64,000 nucleotides of DNA from Phyllobates terribilis (lineage: Eukaryota). Shown here piece after piece: positions 41,592-53,500 of this stretch (its first letter is position 1; each line of letters opens with the position of its first letter). Location: positions 380,370,001 through 380,434,000 of the forward strand of contig NW_027362769.1 of assembly GCF_046119375.1 (NCBI RefSeq), written 5' to 3'. The notes under the pieces are model-generated. The model worked only from the letters and a program-made list of their open reading frames with translations, was not told where the DNA came from and did no database searches. Made by a program: the position numbers and the translations under genes.

Positions 41592-44500
41592 TCATATTTG
41601 CTCCAGCACGTCAAGGTTGTCCAGCTCGTCTCGCAAGTGATCGATGTAGGTGTTGATCTCGGCGACCCGTTTCCGATTCCTTTGCAGTTCTTCCCTATGA
41701 CCCTAGACAGAAGTTGACATAAGATTAATTACCCGTGTATGTGATGACGGCAGGGAGCGATCACAGAACCATGAATTACCGGTGGGTGTGACTGCTCCAG
41801 GGAGCGATCACAGGACCATGAATTACCGGTGGGTGTGACCGCTGCACGGGGCGATCACAGGACCATGAATTACCGGTGCGTGTGACCGCTGCAGTGAGCG
41901 TTCACAGGACCATGAATTACCGGTGAGTGTGACCACTGCAGGGAGCGATCACAGAACCATGAATTACCTGTGAGTGTGACTACTGCAGGGAGCGATCACA
42001 GAACCATGAATTACCGGTGAGTGTGACCACTGCAGGGAGCGATCACAGAACCATGAATTACCTGTGAGTGTGACCACTGCAGGGAGCGATCACAGAACCA
42101 TGAATTACCTGTGAGTGTGACTACTGCAGGGAGCGATCACAGAACCATGAATTACCTGTGAGTGTGACTACTGCAGGGAGCGATCACAGGACCATAAATT
42201 ACCGGTGAGTGTGACCGCTGCAGTGAGCGTTCACAGGACCATGAATTACCGGTGCGTGTGACCGCTGCAGTGAGCGTTCACAGGAACATGAATTACCGGT
42301 GAGTGTGACCACTGCAGGGAGCGATCACAGAACCATGAATTACCTGTGAGTGTGACTACTGCAGGGAGCGATCACAGAACCATGAATTACCGGTGAGTGT
42401 GACCACTGCAGGGAGCGATCACAGAACCATGAATTACCTGTGAGTGTGACCACTGCAGGGAGCGATCACAGAACCATGAATTACCTGTGAGTGTGACTAC
42501 TGCAGGGAGCGATCACAGAACCATGAATTACCTGTGAGTGTGACTACTGCAGGGAGCGATCACAGGACCATAAATTACCGGTGAGTGTGACCGCTGCAGT
42601 GAGCGTTCACAGGACCATGAATTACCTGAGAGTGTGACCACTGCAGTGAGCGTTCACAGGACCATGAATTACCGGTGAGTGTGACCACTGCAGTGAGCGA
42701 TCACAGAACCATGAATTACCTGTGAGTGTGACTACTGCAGGGAGCGATCACAGAACCATGAATTACCTGTGAGTGTGACTACTGCAGGGAGCGATCACAG
42801 AACCATGAATTACCTGTGAGTGTGACTACTGCAGGGAGCGATCACAGAACCATGAATTACCTGTGAGTGTGACTACTGCAGGGAGCGTTCACAGAACCAT
42901 GAATTACCTGTGAGTGTGACTACTGCAGGGAGCGATCACAGAACCATGAATTACCGGTGAGTGTGACCACTGCAGGGAGCGATCACAGAACCATGAATTA
43001 CCTGTGAGTGTGACTACTGCAGGGAGCGATCACAGAACCATGAATTACCTGTGAGTGTGACCACTGCAGGGAGCGATCACAGGACCATAAATTACCGGTG
43101 AGTGTGACCGCTGCAGTGAGCGTTCACAGGACCATGAATTACCTGAGAGTGTGACCACTGCAGTGAGCGTTCACAGGACCATGAATTACCGGTGAGTGTG
43201 ACCACTGCAGTGAGCGATCACAGAACCATGAATTACCTGTGAGTGTGACTACTGCAGGGAGCGATCACAGAACCATGAATTACCTGTGAGTGTGACTACT
43301 GCAGGGAGCGATCACAGGACCATAAATTACCGGTGAGTGTGACCGCTGCAGTGAGCGTTCACAGGACCATGAATTACCTGAGAGTGTGACCACTGCAGTG
43401 AGCGTTCACAGGACCATGAATTACCGGTGAGTGTGACCACTGCAGTGAGCGATCACAGAACCATGAATTACCTGTGAGTGTGACTACTGCAGGGAGCGAT
43501 CACAGAACCATGAATTACCTGTGAGTGTGACTAATGCAGGGAGCGATCACAGGACCATAAATTACCGGTGAGTGTGACTACTGCAGGGAGCGATCACAGA
43601 ACCATGAATTACCTGAGAGTGTGACCACTGCAGTGAGCGTTCACAGGACCATGAATTACCGGTGAGTGTGACCACTGCAAGGAGCGATCACAGGACCATG
43701 AATTACCGGTGGGTGTGACCACTGCAGGGAGCGTTCACAGAACCATGAATTACCTGTGAGTGTGACTACTGCAGGGAGCGATCACAGGAACATGAATTAC
43801 CTGTGAGTGTGACCACTGCAAGGAGCGATCACAGAACCATGAATTACCGGTGAGTGTGACCACTGCAAGGAGCGATCACAGAACCATGAATTACCTGTGA
43901 GTGTGACTACTGCAGGGAGCGATCACAGAACCATGAATTACCTGTGAGTGTGACTACTGCAGGGAGCGATCACAGGAACATGAATTACCTGTGAGTGTGA
44001 CCACTGCAAGGAGCGATCACAGAACCATGAATTACCGGTGAGTGTGACCACTGCAAGGAGCGATCACAGAACCATGAATTACCTGTGAGTGTGACTGCTG
44101 CAGGGAGTGATCACAGGAACATGAATTACTGGTGGGTGTGACTGCTGCAGGGAGCGATCACAGGAACATGAATTACCGGTGGGTGTGACCATTGCAGGGA
44201 GCGATCACAGGAACATGAATTACCTGTGAGTGTGACTACTGCAGGGAGTGATCACAGGAACATGAATTACCGGTGGGTGTGACCACTGCAGGGAGCGATC
44301 ACAGGAACATGAATTACCGGTGGGTGTGATCAGTGCAGGGAGCGATCACAGGAACATGAATTACCGGTGAGTGTGACCACTGCAAGGAGCGATCACAGAA
44401 CCATGAATTACCTGTGAGTGTGACTACTGCAGGGAGTGATCACAGGAACATGGATTACTGGTGGGTGTGACTGCTGCAGGGAGTGACCACAGGAACATGA

Positions 44501-47500
44501 ATTTCTGGTGGGTGTGATCACTGCAGGGGGCGATCACAGGAACATGAATTACTGGTGGGTGTGACCGCTGCAGGGAGTGACCACAGGAACATGAATTACC
44601 GGTGGGTGTGACCACTGCAGGGAGAAATCACAGGAACATGAATTACCGGTGGGTGTGACCACTGCAGGGAGTGACCACAGGAACATGAATTACCGGTGGG
44701 TGTGACCACTGCAGGGAGTGACCACAAAAACATGAATTACCGGTGGGTGTGACCACTGCAGGGAGCGATCAAAGGAACATGAATTACCGCTGGGTGTGAC
44801 CACCGCAGGGAGCGATCACAGAACCATGAATTACCAGTGAGTGTGACTACTGCAGGGAGTGATCACAGGAACATGAATTACCGGTGGGTGTGACGACGGC
44901 AGGGAGCGATGTCAGGACCATGAATTACTGGTCTGTGTGATGACGGCAGGGCGCGATCACAGAACCATGAATTAACGGTCGGTGTGAAGAAAGCTGGGAG
45001 CGATTACAGGACCATATCCTATGATTGTATTGTGGGACCCTGGGGAGATGACAGACACGGGTTATTACCTCTTCTGTCTTCTACTTCACCGGCTATAAAG
45101 TGATCACTTAGTGCTAAGTACTTACAGAACTGCTCGGCTAAAGCTTCTGTAGGACCTGGTGCTCACAATATTGCCGGGTTTCAGCCATCATAACTGAGCC
45201 AGGTCAGTTTTGCCAAAAACTCATGTCACTGTAGGGGGCTTTTTTCCTCTGTAACTGAGGCTCTTAATGATGCCCCAGTAACAGTGGAAAAAACGATGAA
45301 GTAGCTCTCACCTCCTCCAGATGTATGTGATTTGTCCCAAGACAGGGAGAGTGGAGCCAGCGCTGACTGGCTACAGGGAGAACCAGTGCCGGCACCGATG
45401 GAACAGCACAGGATGTGAGTATAGGTGTTATTATTTTACAAGGGGGAAACCGGAAATGAGAAGGGGTTGTCCAAGTAGTAGACAATCCCTTTAAAAAATA
45501 AAATAAACATGGCTGCTTTCTTTCTGAAACAGTGCCACCCATGCCCCTAGGTTGTGTGTGGTACTTCAGCTGTAATACCACACATAACCTGCGGAAAGGT
45601 GGGGCGCTGTAGCCATGTTTTCTCCAATAACCCCCCATGACAGCATCAAAGGAGGATGTCACCCCACCCTAATAGGGACAGGAACACAAAGAGGTTAAAT
45701 AGCCCCTCCCTCATCCTCCAGTGTTTTTTCCTGTCCCTATTGGGATGAAGAGGTCATCCAGGGTGCTCTGTGCCGGCGACAGACACCTAGCATACCTTTA
45801 AGCCGGGCAGTTTTTCTTCTCCTTCCCTTATGCTGCTCCCGTCTCCTCCGGGACTCGGGACCCCTGTCCCCACCGAGTCCGCGCCTGCGGGTAAGGTCCG
45901 GTGGGTGTCGGGCTGGAGGCCTCCTCGAGCTCTCCAGCCCCGCTCCTCCCCCCTCTCAAGGCAGCCTCCGGCAGTCTCCATAGCGGAGAGACACGTGCTG
46001 AATCCCGGAAGTGACGCGGACCGCCGATAACGTCACTTCTGGTGTGCGTTCCACCCTGGAACGCAGTAACTTGGAAACGGCCGGAAAGTGACGTGGGACG
46101 CCGGAAAAGGGTCCCTTGAGTCACTTCCGGTCCGTTTGGGCTCTCAGTAGAGAGAGAAAAAAAAAGCGAATAATAACCCCACAGGTGTTCCTGCTTCACC
46201 AACTGGACCAAGGGGGAGGAGCCTTGCCACCCCCCTCCCCAGGGAAAGAGGGAGAGCGCTGAGTCCAGTCGCCTATATAATAGCCCTGGACTGAAGACAT
46301 CTAAGGTAGGACCTAATCCGTTTTGTATTGTTACATTGGATGGTCAGGAATCTATCTTCTCCATGTCTGCGGAGCCCAGCGCAATTCCAGTCCCAGTAAG
46401 TCTGGCACTGAGGGTCCTTTCCTAGGTGCAGGTTAGAATTGTTACATTAATTACCCTTCTCCCTCTTTTTTAGGGGGACAAGGATCCGAAATAAATCTAG
46501 CCGAAAATGTGCTATATGTTCAAAAGAACTATCTTCTTCAAGCAAAAAATATTTATGCCAAAAATGCACAGAGAAGATTTTGAGGGAAGAACAGCGGTCC
46601 CTCATAGACGAGATCAAAGGGATAGTTCGTCAGGAGGTTCAGTCTTCATTGGCCTCCTTTTCCTGATCCACTTCTGATTCGCCTCCAAAGGCAGAAAAGA
46701 GGAAAATTTCGCTGGAAGAAAAAGAAGACTCGAACTCCCAGGACGAGATGTTCCTTCCAGAAGACCCTATAGAAGAAGGTGAACTTAGTCCAGCAGAGGA
46801 AGGTCTGGAAGATAAGAAATATTATTTCTCAATGGAATTTATGGAAGATCTCCTCACAGCAGTAAGAAGAACGATGGAAGTGGAAGAAGAGAAGCCCTCT
46901 AGATCAGTCCAGGAAGAGATGTTCGGTGGTCTCCGCTCAAAGAAAAAGATGGTGTTCCCGATACATAAAAACATTCAGGATCTAATCCTGGAAGAATGGG
47001 GAAAATCCTGAAAGACGACTGAATACACCAGCGGAATTGAAAGACAGGTTTCCCGTAGATGAAGAAACCTCAAAATGTTGGACCGAGATACCTAAGGTCG
47101 ATATTCAGGTGGCAAGAGTCGCTAAAAAGACAGTATTGCCATTCGAAGACTCATCGCAACTAAAGGATCCTCTGGACCGCAAGATGGACAGCCTTCTCAT
47201 AAAATCCTGGGAAACATCAGCAGTCCTTCTGAACACAAACGTAGTCTCTACGTGTGTTGCACGGTCCATGTCGAGATGGCTCAACCAGCTTGAAGAGCAC
47301 CTAGCTATGGGCACATCCAGAGAGGAGATACAAGCTTCCTTACCTTTACTGCAGAAAGCCACTGACTTCCTGGCGGATGCTTCAGCGGAATCTGTGAGGG
47401 TAACCGCCAGGGCCGCAGTCCTATCGAACTCCACAAGGCGAGCACTATGGCTGAAATCGTGGAGCGGTGACGTGGCCTCTAAAATAAAACTTTGTTCCAT

Positions 47501-50500
47501 TCCCTTCTCTGGAGAATATATGTTTGGTCAGGCCCTTGACGACCTCCTGGAGAAGGCGGCTGATAAAAAGAAATCCCTGCCTGAACCCAGACATTACAAG
47601 AAGACCCCCTTTCGCCCCCCTCGGGAACAGAATCCCCAGTACAGAGGGAAAGGCAAGTCCGGTCGGTGGAGCTACCCCAAAGGAGGGAAAGATAGGAATA
47701 TTTTTTTCCCAAAAGGACAGCGACAACAGAAGCGGTGACGCCAGAGCAGTGGGGGGACGAATCATGAAATACCTTCCCCAGTGGCAAAAGATCTGCTCCA
47801 ATCAATGGGTCTTGAAGGTAATTCAAGAAGGGGTAAAGATCGAATTCTCCTCATATCCTCCAAGAAAAGTAAGGATAACTCGTCTAACCTCCCCGAGATT
47901 AAGACCTACTATCCTTGGGGGCTATTTCACCGGTCCCAAAAACAGAAAGACACACAGGCCACTATTCACGCCTGTTTATGATAAAGAAACCAAACGGCAC
48001 CTACAGAATAATAATAATAAACCTGAAACCCTTAAACCAATACATCATCTACCGAAGATTCAAAATGGAGTCTATCAGATCAGCAGTTCCCTTGATAGGA
48101 CAAGGATATGTGATGGCAACCATCGACTTACAGGACGCATACTATCACGTCCCTATACATCCTATACATCCAACATACCGGAAATTTCTAAGGTTTGCGG
48201 TGGTTCAAGAGGATCAAACGTTGCATTTTCAATTCAACGTATTGCCGTTCGGGATATCCTCAGCACCAAGAATATTCACCAAAATTATGTCAGAGGTAGT
48301 GGCTTCAATCAGAAAAGAAAAATCAGCATCATTCCCTACCTCAACGACTTCTTACTAGTAGGTCCCTCGGTGGAATCACTCCAGGAAGACCTGCAGAGAA
48401 CAATCCAAATCCTGACCACTTTAGGGTGGTCGATAAATCATCAAAAGTCAGACCTGGTCCCTGCCACAGAAAAAACTTTCCTGGGTGTTCTACTAGACTC
48501 CGCCAGACAAACCTCCTTCCTACCGAAAGACAAACAGATACTTTTGAGATCCAAGATATTGAATCTGAAGGCCCTGAACAGAGTGTCCCTAAGGTCGAAT
48601 ATGTCAACCCTTGGCTCCATGACAGCCTGCATCCAATCCGTAGCCTGGGCTCAGGCTCACACCAGGGTGTTGCAAACCCATATTCTTGCACAGTGGGACG
48701 GATCCCCAGACTCCCTAAACAGGAAGATCATGATCCTTCATTATGTGAAGACATCCCTATCATGGTGGCTCAGCCAAAAAAAACTAGGAACAGGGGTTCC
48801 ATGGTCTCAGTTCCCTCTGATAACAGTCACAGTAGACGCCAGCAAGACGGGATGGGGAGCCGTCGTGGCTCAAACCCCCTTCCAAGGGGTCTGGACAGAA
48901 GAGACCAGCAGGAGATCCTCCAACTTCCACGAGTTAAAGGCAGTGGAGGAGGCACTCAAAATGTCGGCTCCAATCATTACGGGCAAACACGTAAATGTCT
49001 ATTCAGACAACATGACTACCGTAGTTCACCTGTCCCATCAGGGGAGTACAAGGTACGAGAATCTAAAAAGTATCTCGGCAAGAATATTCTTCTGGGCAGA
49101 AGGACATCTTCGTTCCTTATCAGGTCTGCACATAAAAGGCTCAGACAACATCTAGGCCGATTTTCTGAGCAGAAGGAATATCCATCCGGGGGAATGGGAG
49201 CTGGACTCAGACATTTTCCACATGCTGACCAGACAATGGGGTTGTTCGGAGGTGGACCTCTTTGCAAGACGCCAGAACACCAAGGCAAAAAAATACTTCT
49301 CCCTAGATCCAGACAACGTATGCCTGGGGATAGATGCATTCGCTCACCCGTGGCATTTCCATCTGGTTTACACTTTTCCCCCAATTCCATTGCTAGCCAA
49401 GACCTTACAGAAAGTAAGGACCGAGGAGGTCAAGATAATTTTGATAGCCCCACTTTGGCCCAAAAGGAGCTGGTTCTGTGCACTAAACAGTTTAAGCATA
49501 GAGGGACCCCTCATTCTGCCAGCAATCAAGAACCTTCTCCATCAGGGTCCAATACTCCATCCAGATCCAGAGAACCTCCATCTAGCGGCCTGGCTTCTGA
49601 GTTCACAATCCTGAAGGCCAAAGGACTCTCAGATCGAGTAATTCATACCCTACAAAAAAGTAGGAAACAAATCACAAACTCCATATACAGCAAGATATGG
49701 AAGACCTTCCTAACATGGTATAAACCAAATATACCAGATCTTCGGCATCCTGACATGACCCAGATCTTGGATTTTCTACATGAAGGGCTGGAGAAGGGCC
49801 TTAGACCCAGCACCCTCAAGGTTCAGATCGCGGCACTGAGTATTTATTTCGACCAAAGCCTAGCTGAACACTGATGGGTAAAAAGGTTCATGATAGCAGC
49901 TACTCGCCTGCGTCCCAGAATAATTAACCACGTTCCCTCCTGGGATCTTAATATCGTCCTTAAAGGTCTGACACTACCACCGTTTAAACCTTTGGCCTCA
50001 ATAGAGCTGGATAAATTAGCCTGGAAAACAACATTTCTAGTAGCGATTACCACAGCCAGGAGAGTGGGAGAAATCCAGGCCTTCTCAGTGAATGACCCAT
50101 ATCTGAGAATCCTGGATGATAGGATTATTTTACAACTGGACCCATCTTTCTTGCCAAAGGTAGTCTCAGACTTTCATAGGTCTCAAGAGATAATTCTTCC
50201 TTCCTTCTGTCAAGACCCAAAAAATAAAAGGGAAGAAGAATTCCATACTTTGGACGTAAGGCGGGTTGTTCTTCACTACCTCCAAAAAACAGAGGCCTGG
50301 AGGAAGGATCAGAACCTCTTTATTCAGCCATCTGGTCAGAACAGAGGGAAGAAGGTCTCAAAGGTTACCATCGCTACTTGGATCAAGAAAGCAATTGTGC
50401 AATCATATCAGATCCAAAATCTCTCACCACCAGAGAAACTGAAAGCACACTCTACTAGAGCCATGTCCGTCTCCTGGGCAGAGAAGGCTAGCGCTTCCCT

Positions 50501-53500
50501 CGAGCAGATATGTAGAGCAGCTACATGGTCCTCGGTCCATACCTTCACCAAGCATTACAAACTTAATTTAATGTCCATTAAAGACTTGGCCTTTGGGCGG
50601 AAAGTGCTTCAGGCCATTGTCCCTCCCTAAACATGAGTCTTTGGTACTCCTCCTTTGGTGCTGTCATGGGGGGTTATTGGAGAAAATAGAATTAGACTTA
50701 CCGGTAATTCGGTTTCTAACGACAGCACTGGTAATTCCCTCCCAGGCTTGGTTAGCCAATCATTTAATTTGAATAAATATAATTTGAAGCATCCATACTT
50801 GTGTGGTCCTTTATAAGACACTGGAGGGAGGATGACGGAGGGGCTATTTGACCTTTTTGTGTTTCCTGTCCCTATTAGGGTGGGGTGACATCCTCCTTTG
50901 GTGCTGTCGTGGTGGTTATTAGGAACCGAATTACCGGTAAGTCTAATTCTATTTTATAAATCTCTGACTTTTTTTTTTTGATGGTCAACCTCGTATAACC
51001 CCCAAATCAAAGAATCTCACCTTTTGTATGAGGTTTGTGGCCCAGTTGTTGATTTTGGTGACCAGCTCGTCCTCTCGGTTGTCGATTTTCAGCATATGGA
51101 TGTCGTGGGAGGTGCTGACCGCATTAATGATGGTGTCTTTGTCTACAAATAACTGTGAGGAGAGTAGAAGGTGAGTGACCGCGAGCAGCGACTTCAGCCT
51201 AGCTGCTTTGTCCACCATGCTTTACACTGCTAAATCTAAGAATTATATTACCGCTCGGAGTTCATCGGTCACGTCTTCGTCCATCTCCCCCTTCAGGACT
51301 CGTTCCAGCAGGCTGACGCACAGCTCCAGGAGCTTTTCGTGGTGCTGGTTCTCCAGGTCTCTGATCTGGGCCATTGTATGGGGACGAGTCAGGGCAATTT
51401 TTGTGAACGTGGTAATAAAATTCCATCACTTTACCCAAGGACAGGTCTTATCTATTCCTCCCTCACTCTATAATATCTTTATTTGGTGAGCAACTAAAGG
51501 TTATCTATTGTTCCCTGTTATCAGCCACTTTATCATCCTTTATCTCCAATATGGAGGACCTCCAGAAACATTGCTTACCTTGCTTATCTCCAGGAAAAGC
51601 AAAAAGTTCAGAGAGGCAATAAACCTTGTAATGTAAGCGATCACTTACTAGTAAGGAAAAGTTATGCAATTGTCTCCTAAATCTCCGCTTGCTGTCAGTG
51701 AATAGGAGGCTTTATAGTTTATCTCCTTCTCATGTAATATGGCAGAAGTATAAGCACTTGCCAGGTATGTGAAAAGAATATTCTTTTAATTTAAAGGGGT
51801 TTCTTTGTTTCAGAAAACCCTTGTTCCCCGGAATCAGTTTTTAAAAATATATGCATTACTCACCCTTCCCAGGTCCAAATCCGCAGCTCCCAGGGTCTGT
51901 TATTGTCTGCAGTGCTGATGTTACGTCAAGAGAGCAGCAGCCAATCGGCTTGTGCCATCAAAGAGCTGAGCTCACTGATTGGCTGCCACGCTGTTGATGT
52001 GACATCAGCGCTGCAGACAATGAGACATCAGGAGCTGTTGCATTGAACCTGGGGAGGGTGAGTAAAGAAAGCACATTTTATTATTATTATTATTATTATT
52101 TTATTATTTTTAATCAAGAAAATGTTTAACAAGTGTTTGGAGAAAATATGATCTCGTACAGATTTAATGCACATAAGTATTTGCATTTTCTCAGAAATAA
52201 GTTTCACCTTCATCTTCGTTTTTTGCTCCCCCTCTCCCAAGAGCAATAACTTTTTTTTATTTTTCCGTCAATATGTCAGTGTGAGATCTTGTTTTTTGCG
52301 AGACGAGTTGTACTTTTCAATTACACCATTGGTTTTACCATCTAGAGGGTTGGAAAACAGGGAAAAAAATTCCAAGTGCAGTGAAATTGCAGAAAAAAAT
52401 GCAATTCAACAATATTTTTTTTTTTTACCATCTTCAGTATATAGTAAACTGACCTGGTAATATGATTTCCCAGGTCATTACGAGTTCGCAGATACCAAAC
52501 GTATATATATATATATTTTTTATTTAAGTATTAAAAAAAAAATTCCAAAGTTTGTAAGAAAAAAATTATTTTGCTTGTGTCGCCATTTTCTGAGACCCGT
52601 AGAGTTTCCATTTTTCGGGATCTGGGGCCGAGTGAGGACTTATTTTTTGCGGCTTGAGCTGATGTTTATTGATACCATTTTGGGGTGGATACGTTGTTTT
52701 GATCGCCTTTTATTGCAATGTTGCGGCGGACAAAAAACATAATTAAGGTGTTTTGATTTCTTTCTTTCTCGTTACGCCGTTTACCGATCGGATTATTGTT
52801 TTTATCTTTTGATAGCTTGGACATTTCTGAATGTGGCGATACCAAATATGTGTATTTTTTTTAATTGTTTTATTTTCAATGGGGCAAAAGGGGGGTGATT
52901 TTGAACTTTTTTTTTTTATTATATTTTTCAAAAATTTTTTTTTTTCACAATTTTTACTGACTTCAATAGTTCCCTTAGGGGACTTGAAGCTGCGATCGTC
53001 CGACCGCCTGTGCTATCAGCGTCTTATACAAGCATGGTGGAAGTTCCCCGGATATAAACGTATTATTGATCATTTCCGAATAGTGCTTCAATATTTCCTC
53101 CTCTAAAGACATGCATTTCTACTGGATGCCATATGAACCAAGGGCCTCATCGTTAGACATTGACCCCACCGCTAGCTGAATTTCTTCCACCGAAATTAGC
53201 AAATCCAAGAGCTCCTTATCCTAAGTCCTCAGAGAAGGAATATTTAGCAGTGATTGGTTTTCTGACAGGTTGTCCTGAAAGCCTCTTACTCTAGAGAATA
53301 TAGATTAGAAGAGAATCCATGTCAAATCTGGAATATTTTAGGGGCTTGAGTGACGACATTCCCCATAAGACCTACAATTTCCAAGAGGAATTTTACCTAA
53401 CATGTACATGGCAATCAGATGTGGTATCAATTCCTTTTGGATATTGTAAGTCTTATCATTTGATGAATTATTTGTTATGTGCTGCCATCTACTGGCTAAT

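Larger units (their letters stand above)
45618..50955 (+). mobile_element. DIRS1-type tyrosine-recombinase retrotransposon, full length, inactivated
   Basis: Left ITR 45618-45723 and right ITR 50819-50955 are inverted and the right one is extended. Internal complementary region at 50648-50719. TTTT at both termini. Encodes gag-like ORF1, RT/RNase H/MT and an overlapping YR frame. Confidence 0.95.

Noticed and set aside
41733-45010. Regular repeat array resembling CRISPR
   Set aside because: Units are contiguous with no unique spacers, there are no cas genes, and the context is a vertebrate intron.
45787-46211. GC-rich ORFs in the DIRS 5' region
   Set aside because: They fall in the element's untranslated leader, show no domain motifs, and are expected by chance at this GC content.
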